Notes: generated from the letters alone by a model not told the origin. DNA of 64,000 nucleotides from an uncultured Actinomycetes bacterium (GCA_963826185.1 CAWGVY010000001.1:261732-325731); one strand, 5' to 3'. Counted from the first letter of the stretch, positions 47,917 to 57,922 are shown. Program-made: numbers and translations.

Positions 47917-48810
47917 TCAGATCTCGCCCGAGAACGTATCGCAGGCGCTGATGTCGCCACCCTGGAACCCGGCGCGGAACCAGGTCGCGCGCTGCGCTGC
48001 GCTCCCGTGGGTCCAGCTGTCCTTACCTGCCCCCGGAGCCACCCGGTCGTCCCCCACGGCGGCTGCAGCGTTCAATCCCTCGTCGACGTCGCCGGGATCC
48101 AGATCGCCACGTTCGTAGACCGAGTGCGCCCATACCCCGGCCAGGCAGTCGGCCTGGAGTTCCAGTCGAACGGACAGCTCGTTCGCCTGGCTCGGATCGG
48201 CCTGGCTCTGCTGGTGGACCTGGTCGCTGATGTTCAGCTCGTCCTGGACGTGATGGCCGATCTCGTGGGCGATCACGTAGGCCTGGGCGAAGTCACCGGG
48301 AGCGCCGAACCGCCGCTGCAGCTCTTTGAAGAACCCCAGGTCGAGGTAGACCTTCTGGTCGGCGGGGCAGTAGAAGGGGCCCGTCGCGGCCGAGGCACGG
48401 CCGCATCCTGAGGAGGTCGAGTCCGTGAACAGGACCAGGGTCGAGTCGTGGTACGTACGTCCGGCGTCTCGGAACACCGTCGACCAGTAGTTCTGGACGT
48501 CGTTCAAGACGTAAGCAGAGAACTGCGCCAGGGTGTCGTCGGAGGGAAGCGGTTCTCCGGTGGGTCCCGGCCGGAACTGATCGAATCCCGAGTTGACGTC
48601 GAACCCGTTCGACCCGAGGCATCGGGGGAGGACGAAGATCAGGATCACGATCAGGATCAGGCCTCCGATCCCCATGCCGCCCTTGCTCATCGGCACGTTG
48701 AGCCCCCCGCCGCCGAGGCCCGGGAACCCCATGCCTCCTCTCCCGCCCACGCCCGGCTGACCCCGGCGATCCTCGACGTTGGCGGTGCTGGACCTCCGCT
48801 TCCACTTCAC
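47917..48810 (-). CDS. YpfJ-like neutral zinc metallopeptidase (membrane-anchored)
   Basis: 297 aa. Gly-rich N-terminus, TM 'GGLILIVILIFVL', 'GPFYCPADQKVYLD', zinc motif 'AHEIGHHVQ'. Confidence 0.8.
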   Translation of the reverse strand: MKWKRRSSTANVEDRRGQPGVGGRGGMGFPGLGGGGLNVPMSKGGMGIGGLILIVILIFVLPRCLGSNGFDVNSGFDQFRPGPTGEPLPSDDTLAQFSAYVLNDVQNYWSTVFRDAGRTYHDSTLVLFTDSTSSGCGRASAATGPFYCPADQKVYLDLGFFKELQRRFGAPGDFAQAYVIAHEIGHHVQDELNISDQVHQQSQADPSQANELSVRLELQADCLAGVWAHSVYERGDLDPGDVDEGLNAAAAVGDDRVAPGAGKDSWTHGSAAQRATWFRAGFQGGDISACDTFSGEI

Positions 48811-48941
48811 GGCAGGGATGCTGGCTCCAGGCCGGGGTGGTCGTCAAACCTGCGGTCGGCGCACGTGACGGCGCTGAATCCTCGTTCGATCCGCGCGATA
48901 TGCTCCGGCCCGGCACCGGCTCCCCGGAGGAAGCGCTCGCC

Positions 48942-50120
48942 ATGACCACCTATCCGATGTCCGCGGAGGACCGCGCGATCCAGGAACGGACACGTCGCTT
49001 CGTGGACGAGGAGCTGATCCCGTGGGAGACGCATGCGGAGGAGCATGAGGGCCTGATCCCCCAGGACGCGCGTGCTCGCCATCACGAGCTGGCGATCGAG
49101 TTGGGTCTGTACGCGATGAACATGCCCGTGGATGAGGGCGGGACCGGGATGACGATGTTCCAGCAGACGCTGGTGTCCGAGCAGATCGGACGCGTCACGA
49201 ACGCCCTCGGGTGGTGCGTGCACACGCCGCCGGCCTGGGCGCCGGGCGTGGCGACCGAGCATCAGATGGCGACCTGGATCCGCCCCACGATCGCGGGAGA
49301 TATGCACGAGTGCTATGCCATCACCGAGGAGGGCGCCGGCTCCGATGTCGACGCGATCCAGGCTACCGCGCGCCGCGACGGGGACGTCTACGTCCTGAAC
49401 GGCGTCAAGATGCATGTGACGTCGTTCAACCATGCCTCGTACAGCTTCTTCCAGGCGAGGATCGTCGGCGGTCCGAACGAAGGCGCTCATGCGATGTTCT
49501 TCGTGGACAACGACACCCCAGGGGTCCGCGTGATCCGTACGCCCGCCTACACCCACACCTATGCGGATCATCACCCGTTGGTGGCTTTCGAGGAGGTCCG
49601 TGTCCCAGTCGAGAACCTCGTGGGTGACGAAGGTGACGGGATGGCGTTCACCTACGAGTGGTTCCGGTACGAGCGCCTGATGATCGCCGCGCGCTGTTGC
49701 GGCGCGGCCGAGCGGCTGATCGACGAGGCCACCGCGTTCGCCAAGGAACGCGTGCAGTTCGACCGTCCGATCTTCGGGTTCCAGGTGATCCAGCACATGC
49801 TGGCGGACTCGCTCACCGAGTTGTGGGCGGCGCGGCTCATGACGTATCGGCTCGCGGAGAACATCGATGCGGGCATGGACGTGAAGTTGCAGCACGCGCA
49901 ATGCTCCATGGCGAAGCTCTACGCCAGCGAGATGGCGGGGCGCGTGGCCGACCGTGCTGTGCAGATCTTCGGAGGACGTGGCTATATGCGCGAGAACGTG
50001 GCCGAGCGCTTCTACCGCGAGGTGCGGGTCGATCGCATCTGGGAGGGGACCTCCGAGGTGCAACGCAATATCATCGCCGACCAGCTGGCGAAGCGGGGTG
50101 CGCGGAGTTTGATCGGGTGA
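48942..50120 (+). CDS. acyl-CoA dehydrogenase family protein
   Basis: ATG 48942 after GGAGGAAG. 392 aa. 'ITEEGAGSDV', 'QIFGGRGY', 'RIWEGTSEVQ'. Confidence 0.88.
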   Translation: MTTYPMSAEDRAIQERTRRFVDEELIPWETHAEEHEGLIPQDARARHHELAIELGLYAMNMPVDEGGTGMTMFQQTLVSEQIGRVTNALGWCVHTPPAWAPGVATEHQMATWIRPTIAGDMHECYAITEEGAGSDVDAIQATARRDGDVYVLNGVKMHVTSFNHASYSFFQARIVGGPNEGAHAMFFVDNDTPGVRVIRTPAYTHTYADHHPLVAFEEVRVPVENLVGDEGDGMAFTYEWFRYERLMIAARCCGAAERLIDEATAFAKERVQFDRPIFGFQVIQHMLADSLTELWAARLMTYRLAENIDAGMDVKLQHAQCSMAKLYASEMAGRVADRAVQIFGGRGYMRENVAERFYREVRVDRIWEGTSEVQRNIIADQLAKRGARSLIG

Positions 50121-50145
50121 TCCGCCCGTGTGGCAGACTCCGGCG

Positions 50146-51515
50146 ATGGGTACCGAACCCGGAGGCCCGCCACCTCGCGACGAGGCGCGCTCGGAGCGCC
50201 TTCAGCGGGGGCATGCCTTGCGCAGGAAGATGCCTCGTCACCTCCACGGCGGGTGGTCACCTCCGGACGACCGGCCCGATCCCGTCTTCCTCCTGGAGGC
50301 GCAGGCCCAGGAGCGGGTCCCCGAACTGATCCCCATCCGGTACGGGCGGATGCTGGCATCGCCCTTCGCATTCTTCCGAGGCGCCGCCACCGTGATGGCT
50401 CGCGATCTGGCCGCCACGCGCCGGTCAGCGGGATCCGTGCCCAGGCATGCGGCGACGCGCACCTGCTGAACTTCGGGATCTACGCCACCCCGGAACGCAA
50501 CGTGGTGTTCGACGTCAACGACTTCGACGAGACGCTCGCCGGGCCCTGGGAGTGGGACCTGAAGCGTCTCGCCACCAGCTTCGAGATCGCCGGGCGAGAG
50601 AACAGCTTCGAGGTCGCGGACCGGCGCGCAACCGTCATAGAGGTCACGCGCTCCTATGCGATGCGCATGCATGAATACGCACAGGTCCGCCACCTCGACG
50701 TGTGGTACGCACGGGTCGATGCCGAGGCCGCGCTCGCTCTGTTCCGGGGGCAGCCGCAGCTTTCCGCGCGCAGGACCCTGGAGACGGCTCGCCTCCACGA
50801 CAACCTCCACGCCGAGCAGAGGCTCACGCAGCTCACGCCGGACGGCCGGCGCATCAAGGAGGCCCCGCCGATCGTCATGAAGCTCCCCGGCCGCGAGCGC
50901 GATGTGGTCATGCATCGGCTCATGCGGGACCGCCGGACGTTGTCCCCGGAAGTGCGGTAGTTGCTCGCCCGTTACGGGTTCGTCGACGCGGCCCAGAAGG
51001 TGGTGGGCGTCGGGAGCGTCGGGACGAGGTGCTCGGTGGTCTTCCTGGAAGGAGATGACGACCGCGATCCTTTGTTCCTGCAGATCATGGAAGCCCAGCG
51101 CTCCGTGCTGGAGCCGTACCTGCGGAGGTCCCCCCACAAGAACCAGGGTCAGCGCATCGTGCTGGGCCAGCGTGCGATGCAGGCGGCCAGCGACCTGTTC
51201 CTCGGGTGGGGGCATCACGAGGGTCGTGACTACTACTGGCGTCAGCTCCGCGACATGAAGGGGAGCGTCGATCTGGAGGGGACGGCCCCGGCGGGCCTCA
51301 TCTCTTATGCGAAACTGTGCGGGTGGTCGTTGGCGCGTGCGCATGCTCGGTCCGGAGATCCGGTCACGATCGCCGGCTACACCGGTAGCGGCGACGCCTT
51401 GCCTGAGGCGATCGCCGACTTCGCCGCCGCGTACGCCGACCAGTCCGAGCGGGACTACAAAGCGCTGCTCGAGGCATGGAAACGCCGGCGCGTGTTCGCC
51501 GAGACGGGGATCTGA
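50146..51515 (+). pseudogene. DUF2252 family protein, disrupted by one frame break and one in-frame TAG
   Basis: Frame 1: 'MGTEPGG...IPIRYGRMLASPFAFFRGAATVMARDLAAT'. Frame 0: 'PVSGIRAQACGDAHLLNFG...LSPEVR' then TAG (50958-50960), then 'LLARYGFVDAAQKVVGVGSVGTRC...'. Confidence 0.75.
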
Positions 51516-51560
51516 TCCGACCCACGGCTCCGGGTACCATCGGCCGGGTGATCGATAGAC

Positions 51561-52046
51561 GTGGAGCGCATCAACCGATCGGATGGGGGGCGAATGATGG
51601 ATCGTCGGGAGGACCTGTTGCGGACCGAGTCGGACGTGTGGGCCGCCTTCGCAGCGGAGCTCGAACGGGTGCCGCGCGATCGTCGGGAGGAGCCAGGTCT
51701 GCCGGAGGGGTGGTCAGTGAAGGACCTCCTCTGGCACATCGCGTGCTGGGCCCGGGAGTTGCCCACGATCCTGCCGCAGGTCGCCGCCGGGACGTTCGTC
51801 TCTGCGTACGCGGACGACGAGGTCGTGGAGCGACGCAACGCCGAGATCTTGGTGGAGGCGCGGCGACTGCCGCTAGGCGAGGCCGAAGACGCGGTGACGG
51901 ACGCGCGCGCCGGGGCGCGAGCGGCGTTCGAGGCGCTGGACGAGGTGGATGAAACGGCGGCGGAGTGGTTCGACGCCGAGACCATCGACCACTATCGCGA
52001 CCACATCGGCGATCTCAAGAACTTCGCCGCGTCGCTGGAGGGCTGA
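51561..52046 (+). CDS. DinB/ClbS-like four-helix-bundle protein
   Basis: 161 aa. 'WSVKDLLWHIACW' and 'DHYRDHIGDL'. Start uncertain (GTG 51561 or ATG 51594). Confidence 0.55.
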   Translation: MERINRSDGGRMMDRREDLLRTESDVWAAFAAELERVPRDRREEPGLPEGWSVKDLLWHIACWARELPTILPQVAAGTFVSAYADDEVVERRNAEILVEARRLPLGEAEDAVTDARAGARAAFEALDEVDETAAEWFDAETIDHYRDHIGDLKNFAASLEG

Positions 52047-52051
52047 CAGCA

Positions 52052-52074
52052 ACGCCTCCCATCAATGGGGGCGT
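52052..52074. terminator. hairpin between convergent genes
   Basis: ACGCC(T)CCCA-TCAA-TGGGGGCGT: 9 bp with one bulge. Spans the stop of the minus-strand amine oxidase. Confidence 0.4.
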
Positions 52075-53732
52075 GACGCCATCGCGGTCGGAACGGGCAC
52101 GCCCAGCGCGGTCATGACCTCGATCGCGGCACGCTCGCCGCTCTCCACGCCGCCGTTGAGGTATCCCTGACTGTAGGTCGAGGTGGCCTCTCCCGCGAAG
52201 TGCACGTTGCCTTCGGCCTGAGCCGTCCCACCCCAGAACCTCGTGTACTGACCCACGCCGAACGCGGCGTACGCCCCGTTCACCCACGGGTCGTGCGTCC
52301 ACAGGTCCGCGTACGCCATGCCATTGAAGTGCGATGCGGTGCCCGGGACCGCTCGGTCGATGCGGTCGAGGATCTGGCTGGTGAGCTCCTGGGGCGCCGT
52401 GCCGTGGGGTCGGTCGGCGGTCCAGCTGGCCCCCGTGCGCCCGCCCGCATACACCGTGATCAGGCCTGCCTCGCCCGGCTGGGCAGCGGAGCTCTCCCAG
52501 GTCACGAAGTCCGGGTCCGTGTACTCCAACCCGCCGCTCCAATCCTCGAACGTGCTCGGTCGTCGGTCGTACTGGACCAGCAGTTTCACGTCGTAGCCCA
52601 TCGAGAGACCGTCGATCGCCGACATCTTCTGCGGTGAGAATCCGGCTTGCGTGAGATCCACCCGCCGGAGCGCGGTGAACGGCAACGTGAGGATCACCAG
52701 GTCCGCCACCACCGGATCTGCCTTCCCAGCGAAGCGGAGCTCGTAGGGTCCGTCGCTCCTGCGACGTAGCGAGGTCAGTGCCGAACCGAGGTGCACGGTG
52801 TCGGCCGGCATGGCCTCGGACGCGAGCGAGGTGACCTGGTCGTTCCCACCGCGCACGTGCCATCGTTCGTCGGCGCCGGGTGCAGGGATCACGAAGTAGT
52901 CGATCCAATTGAGGGCCGACAGGTCGTCCATGTTCAGGCCGTACCAACCGCACATCACCTCGTCGAGCCAGTCCCCGACCCGCGTGCCCACGATCCCGTC
53001 GACGTTGCGCTCGAGCCAGGCGGACATGGAGAGCCGGTCGACCGCCTCCGCGGCGGGCGTGGCGGTCCCGTAGGACAGTGCGCTCATGGAGGCCTCCCCG
53101 TCCTGGAACACGCCGATCTCTCGGGCCATGCGGTGCACCGCGGCATCGATCCGCTCCATCTGCGGCTTCGTCTCGTCCACGGTGAGCTCCCTGCCGTCCA
53201 CGAACCGCGGGTAGTTGGTTCCAGCCGCCGATCCCGACCAGAGATCGTCGAGCTGCAGGCCAAGGTCCTTCACCAGCGCGCGGAGGTGGACGTGCCGACT
53301 GTCGATGAACTCGCCGCCGTGCTCGGCGATCTGCCCGTCGACCCAGCCGCGGGAGGTCCAGCAGCGTCCGCCCACCCGGTCGCGCGCCTCGTAGAGCTGC
53401 GAGGGGACGCCGGCCCTGGCCAGTCGGTACGCCGCGGTCACGCCCGCGAGTCCGGCACCTATCACCACGACCCGGGCATCCTCGGGGGACGTGCCGGAGG
53501 TCCTCGGTCGAGCCTCATCGTCACGTCCGGGTCGGGTGCACGAACCGAGTACGGCACCTGCGCCCAGCACCCCGCCCGCTTTCAACATGGCCCGGCGCGA
53601 AACACCAGGCTGCTGGAACGAGGCCAGGAACTCGTCGAACGACATCGGTGGTTGGTCGGGACGACCGGCCCGTCGCGCCTGAGCGTGCTCCTTGAACGCA
53701 CGCGCCAGCGGCGACTTCCGACCTCCGTGCAT
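52062..53732 (-). CDS. flavin amine oxidase / L-amino-acid-oxidase-like protein with Tat signal
   Basis: ATG 53732 preceded by GAGGAAGGA. 'SRRAMLKAGGVLGAGAVLGSC' twin-arginine signal after a 45-aa N-region. 'VVVIGAGLAGVTAAYRLA', 'EARDRVGGR'. Confidence 0.85.
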   Translation of the reverse strand: MHGGRKSPLARAFKEHAQARRAGRPDQPPMSFDEFLASFQQPGVSRRAMLKAGGVLGAGAVLGSCTRPGRDDEARPRTSGTSPEDARVVVIGAGLAGVTAAYRLARAGVPSQLYEARDRVGGRCWTSRGWVDGQIAEHGGEFIDSRHVHLRALVKDLGLQLDDLWSGSAAGTNYPRFVDGRELTVDETKPQMERIDAAVHRMAREIGVFQDGEASMSALSYGTATPAAEAVDRLSMSAWLERNVDGIVGTRVGDWLDEVMCGWYGLNMDDLSALNWIDYFVIPAPGADERWHVRGGNDQVTSLASEAMPADTVHLGSALTSLRRRSDGPYELRFAGKADPVVADLVILTLPFTALRRVDLTQAGFSPQKMSAIDGLSMGYDVKLLVQYDRRPSTFEDWSGGLEYTDPDFVTWESSAAQPGEAGLITVYAGGRTGASWTADRPHGTAPQELTSQILDRIDRAVPGTASHFNGMAYADLWTHDPWVNGAYAAFGVGQYTRFWGGTAQAEGNVHFAGEATSTYSQGYLNGGVESGERAAIEVMTALGVPVPTAMASRPH

Positions 53733-53850
53733 CGAGCCGATCCTTCCTCGGGGGCTCCCTACCCTCGGCGAGCCGGACGCTGAGCGTCAACCCAACCGCC
53801 TCCGCTTCCGCATCCCCGGGGTGCCCGCGACCCCGTGCTACCGTCCGGCC

Positions 53851-54948
53851 GTGGACGTCCCTCCCGACCGGATCACCCACGTGCAGTGGCCCGGCCCCAG
53901 CTACTGGGTGCGGAGCGCGGCGGCGGTCCTGGTGACGATCGCGCTGTTCGTGGCGTTGCGCCGGCTCGAGCACGTGATCGTGCTGGTCCTCCTGTCGTTG
54001 GTCCTGGCGGTCGGGCTCGAACCCTGGGTCGAGGCGTTGGACCGCATCAAGATCCGGCGTGGGTTCGGTGTGTTCATCATCTTCCTGGCCGTCGTGGCCG
54101 TCGTCGTCGGCTTCCTGATCCTGGTGGGACCCCGGCTCGTCCGGGAGATCCAGGGACTCGGAAGGGATCTGCCGCGCATCTTGGCCGATCTGTCGAAGTC
54201 CGGCGGCCTTGTGAATCGGGTGTTCGGCGACGTCGACCTGAACGCCGAGCTGCAGAAGTTCATCTCGGACCTGCCGTCCAATCTCACCTCTTCACTTGGC
54301 ACGTTCATCGGCGCCGCTGGGAAGGTCACCGAGGCGGTCTTCAGCCTCCTCACGGTCGCCATCCTCACCGTGTACTTCATGGCCTCGCTCCCTTCGATGC
54401 GTCACAACGTGGCGGGGTGGTTCCCCCGCTCCGAGCGCGAGCGGTGGGAGCAGGTGCTCAACCGCTCGATGCATCGGATCGGCCGCTACGTCTCCGGGTT
54501 GCTGATCCAGTCGGCGATCTCGGCCGTCGCCACCGGGATCTTCCTGATCGTGATCGGGATCGATTTCGCGGTGCCGCTGGCACTGTGGGCGGGGGCGGCG
54601 AGCATCATCCCGATCGTGGGGGCGTACCTGGGCGGGATCCCCGCTGTCATCGTGGCGTTCTCGGTATCGCCGGGACTGGGGATCGCCACCGTGGTGTTCT
54701 TCGTGGCGTGGCAGCAGTTCCGCGACTACGTGATCAGCCCGCGGGTGATGAGCGGGGCGGTGAACCTATCGCCCGCGGCCGTCATCGTGGCCTCGTTGGC
54801 CGGGGCAACGCTGGCCGGATTCGCCGGGGTGCTCCTGGCACTTCCGGTGGCGGCCACGATCAAGGAGGTCATGCAGGAGTTCCGGCGCCGCGACGAAGAT
54901 GATCAGGAGTCGGAAGAGGCCTCTCCCGCGCGCCCCAGGTCCGTGTAG
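53851..54948 (+). CDS. AI-2E family transporter (PerM/UPF0118)
   Basis: Multi-TM. '...GAASIIPIVGAYLGGIPAVIVAF...' Start uncertain (GTG 53851 or 53881). The track start at 53692 would overlap the divergent gene. Confidence 0.78.
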   Translation: MDVPPDRITHVQWPGPSYWVRSAAAVLVTIALFVALRRLEHVIVLVLLSLVLAVGLEPWVEALDRIKIRRGFGVFIIFLAVVAVVVGFLILVGPRLVREIQGLGRDLPRILADLSKSGGLVNRVFGDVDLNAELQKFISDLPSNLTSSLGTFIGAAGKVTEAVFSLLTVAILTVYFMASLPSMRHNVAGWFPRSERERWEQVLNRSMHRIGRYVSGLLIQSAISAVATGIFLIVIGIDFAVPLALWAGAASIIPIVGAYLGGIPAVIVAFSVSPGLGIATVVFFVAWQQFRDYVISPRVMSGAVNLSPAAVIVASLAGATLAGFAGVLLALPVAATIKEVMQEFRRRDEDDQESEEASPARPRSV

Positions 54949-55388
54949 CGGAACGTGCCCTTCGCGATCCGCAACCCCACGAAGGAATCGACCTCGGCGA
55001 CGCCGGGGACCTTCCGGACCTCCTGCTGCATGAGCCTGAGGAGATCGTCGCCATCCTGGGCTACCACCTCCACGAGGACGTCGTAGTGACCGGTGCACTC
55101 GATCACGTACACCGCTTCGGGGATGCGGCAGAGGGCTTCGATCGCTCGATGGGCGTTGGGGCCCGTGATCCGCACCCCCAGGTAGGCGAACAGCAAGCCG
55201 AGCTCGTGGGGCTTGACGTCGGTGACGAAACGGATCGCGCCGATGCGCTGGAGGCGAGCGACCCGGGCGCGCACCGTCGCCTCCGCGACACCCAGCTCCT
55301 CGGCCACGGAGGTGAAGGGGCGCCGCCCGTCCTCCGCAAGGCCGTCGATGATCTGCAGATCCAGGTCGTCGAACCGTGGTTTCGCCAT
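54903..55388 (-). CDS. Lrp/AsnC family transcriptional regulator
   Basis: Start at 'MAKPRFDDLDLQIIDGLAEDGRRPFTSVAEELGVAEATVRARVARL'. 161 aa. Divergent from the Rieske gene. Confidence 0.88.
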   Translation of the reverse strand: MAKPRFDDLDLQIIDGLAEDGRRPFTSVAEELGVAEATVRARVARLQRIGAIRFVTDVKPHELGLLFAYLGVRITGPNAHRAIEALCRIPEAVYVIECTGHYDVLVEVVAQDGDDLLRLMQQEVRKVPGVAEVDSFVGLRIAKGTFRYTDLGRAGEASSDS

Positions 55389-55426
55389 CACATTGCGATT
55401 CTCGCAGACACGGAGCTTTGACGGTG

Positions 55427-55503
55427 CGATATCCGCATCCACCCTCACGCTGGATCCCTATCCGACCCCGTCGCAGCCCACTATCCTTGACGATATCCGC
55501 ATC
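55427..55503. repeat. 13-nt direct repeat CGATATCCGCATC x2 in the Lrp/Rieske intergenic region
   Basis: Identical copies at 55427-55439 and 55491-55503, 64 nt apart centre to centre. Each is preceded by TTGAC(G). Confidence 0.7.
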
Positions 55504-55519
55504 AACCGGAAGGACGACG

Positions 55520-56674
55520 ATGAAGCAAGCCTACGAGGTCAACATCCGCGACGACTCGCCCGATTGGCGCCCGCGCCCCACGCTCAGCAGCGCGGACTAC
55601 GCCAGCCCGGAGGTCTGGGCCGAGGAGAAGGAGCGGATCTGGTGGGGTGATTGGGTGTGCGTCGGCAGGACCCAGGAGGTGGCTGCCCCCGGTGACTACA
55701 TCGTGAGGGACATCGCCGGAGAGTCGGTCTTCATCGTTCGCAACGAAGCGGGTGAGTTGCACGCGTTCTACAACGTCTGCAGCCACCGCGGCACGAAGTT
55801 CCTCGATGACATCGACACCACCGGCAGCGTGCGGAGGGCGTTCGTCTGTCCCTACCACGCGTGGACGTTCAACCTGACCGGCGAGCTGATCGGGAGTCCC
55901 AACGTAAAGGAGGACGAGCGGTTCAGCCGCGCTGACCACCCGCTGTACGGCATCGCGGTGGATAGCTACGCCGGGTTCCTGTTCCTCAACATGGCGAAGG
56001 AGCCCCGGCCACTGATGGAGGCGCTGACGGACGGCGCCGAGACGATCACCGCCTTCGACCGATTCAAGATGGATGAGCTCACCGTCGGCGTCCGGCTCGT
56101 CTACGAGGTAGCGGCGAACTGGAAGATCGTCGTGGAGAACTACAACGAATGCCTCCACTGTCCGCAGATCCACCCGGAGCTGGTACAGGTCGTGCCGCTG
56201 TTCCGTTTCGGAGAGGTTTGGGACGAGGAGACGCGCGACGACGGCAACTGGATGATGGACGGCGCCACCAGTTTCACGAAGACGGGGACCTCGGAGTTGC
56301 CGAAATTCCCGGGTCTGCTCCCTGAGGACCACCAGATGTACTACGGGAGCTACGAATTCCCCAACCTGATGCTGAACCTGCACCCCGACTGCGTCATGTA
56401 CTACATCGGCTACCCGAAGGGCCCCGCCCACACCACGGTGGTGTCGGAGTTCCTCTTCCGGCCCGAGACGATCGAGGGACCCGACTTCAAGCCGGATCCG
56501 GTTGTGGAGCTGTGGGATCTGATCAGCAAGCAGGACTGGGAGGTCTGCGAGCGCGCCCAGACCGGGGTCTCCTCCCGCGCCTTCACCCGCGGCGTATTCC
56601 CGCGGCAGGACCGGTTCCTGTACTGGTTCAACGAGGAGTACCGGGTGGCCATGGGCCGCCAACCACTCGGCTGA
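55520..56674 (+). CDS. Rieske [2Fe-2S] non-haem-iron oxygenase, alpha subunit (quaternary-amine monooxygenase-like: GbcA/CntA/CMO group)
   Basis: ATG 55520. 384 aa. Rieske 'CSHRG...CPYHAW' and the catalytic-domain motif 'ENYNECLHCPQIHP'. No reductase partner nearby. Confidence 0.82.
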   Translation: MKQAYEVNIRDDSPDWRPRPTLSSADYASPEVWAEEKERIWWGDWVCVGRTQEVAAPGDYIVRDIAGESVFIVRNEAGELHAFYNVCSHRGTKFLDDIDTTGSVRRAFVCPYHAWTFNLTGELIGSPNVKEDERFSRADHPLYGIAVDSYAGFLFLNMAKEPRPLMEALTDGAETITAFDRFKMDELTVGVRLVYEVAANWKIVVENYNECLHCPQIHPELVQVVPLFRFGEVWDEETRDDGNWMMDGATSFTKTGTSELPKFPGLLPEDHQMYYGSYEFPNLMLNLHPDCVMYYIGYPKGPAHTTVVSEFLFRPETIEGPDFKPDPVVELWDLISKQDWEVCERAQTGVSSRAFTRGVFPRQDRFLYWFNEEYRVAMGRQPLG

Positions 56675-56680
56675 TCCTCC

Positions 56681-57910
56681 ATGGCGATCGATCGTTCGGC
56701 ATCGCCGACGGCCGCGGACCTGGGCCTCATGCAAGGGATACCTCCGGCGCCGGAGGCGACCGTCACGTTGGAGAACTGGTTCGTGCCGCCCTTCAACCGG
56801 TGGGCCCTCCAGCACGCGCGTGAGCTGATGCCGACGGCGCCGGTCCCGGCTGTCCCCGATGCCCCCCGGCTTCCTCGCGCCGAGCGAGCGCTGGGGAATC
56901 TCACGTTCGATCACGACGGGGAGACATGGACGGTCGACCAGATGGTGGATGCGACCTTCACCGACGGGTTCCTGGTCCTGCACCGGGGTGCCGTGGTGGC
57001 CGAGCGGTATGCGAACGGTCTCACGCCGGACGCGCCGCACGTGCTGTTCTCGGTGACGAAGTCGATCGTGGCCACGCTTACGGGGATCCTGGTGGGTCGG
57101 GGAGAGCTGTCACCCCGGGACGCGGTGGGCGACGTCATCCCAGAACTCCTGGGTACGTCGTGGGGCGACGCCACCGTCCAGCACCTCCTGGACATGAGGA
57201 CCGGGACGCGGTTCAACGAGGTCTACGAGGACATGGAGGGCGACATGGCCGCGTACACCATCGCCGTAGGTATGGGCCCGCGCACCGAGCCTGATCACCC
57301 CACGGACACCTACTCCTTCCTGGCGTCACTCCCGAACGATCGTCCGCACGGGGGGGAGTTCGACTACCGATCCGCGGTCACCTCGATGCTCGGGTGGGTA
57401 TGCGAACGCGCAGGGGGCGAGCGGCTCCACACGCTGTTGTCCCGGGATCTGTGGGGGCCGATGGGGGCGCAGCGGGATGCTTCGATCGTCGTGGATCCCT
57501 ACGGAAATCCGATGGCCGCGGGTGGACTCAGCGTCACCCTGCAGGACCTCGCACGTTTCGGACAGCTCTGGCTCGACCACGGCTGGGGGCGTTCGGGTTC
57601 CGTCGTTCCCGAGGCGTGGGTCACGGACACCTTGACCGGCGACCCCGACAGCTCGGAGGTGTTCGCCGCCTCGTTGGAGACGCCGGATCCCGATCATCCG
57701 CGTGCCTTCTACCGCAACAAGTGGTGGATCCTGGATCCCGCCCTTCCGTCGTACACGGGCATCGGGATCGAGGGGCAGTTCGTCATGATCCACGAGCCGG
57801 CCGCCGTCGTGATCGCGAAGCTGTCCTCGCTGCCCGCGGCCGACGACCCGGAGTTCGAGCGCCTCCAGCTCCGGGGGTTCACCGCGATCGCCGAGTCCCT
57901 GGCAGGGTAG
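56681..57910 (+). CDS. serine hydrolase (beta-lactamase/transpeptidase-like family)
   Basis: 409 aa. S-x-x-K as 'SVTKS'. 6 nt after the Rieske gene. Confidence 0.8.
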   Translation: MAIDRSASPTAADLGLMQGIPPAPEATVTLENWFVPPFNRWALQHARELMPTAPVPAVPDAPRLPRAERALGNLTFDHDGETWTVDQMVDATFTDGFLVLHRGAVVAERYANGLTPDAPHVLFSVTKSIVATLTGILVGRGELSPRDAVGDVIPELLGTSWGDATVQHLLDMRTGTRFNEVYEDMEGDMAAYTIAVGMGPRTEPDHPTDTYSFLASLPNDRPHGGEFDYRSAVTSMLGWVCERAGGERLHTLLSRDLWGPMGAQRDASIVVDPYGNPMAAGGLSVTLQDLARFGQLWLDHGWGRSGSVVPEAWVTDTLTGDPDSSEVFAASLETPDPDHPRAFYRNKWWILDPALPSYTGIGIEGQFVMIHEPAAVVIAKLSSLPAADDPEFERLQLRGFTAIAESLAG

Positions 57911-57922
57911 CCTTCGGCTTCC

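Noticed and set aside
50958-50960. In-frame TAG read as pyrrolysine. This was tempting because an MttB-family gene and a corrinoid system are in the same window.
   Set aside because: The MttB-family gene itself has no in-frame TAG, so it is the non-Pyl type. No pylT/pylS/pylBCD-like genes are visible. The TAG lies in an unrelated DUF2252 gene that also carries a frame break. A nonsense mutation is the simplest reading.
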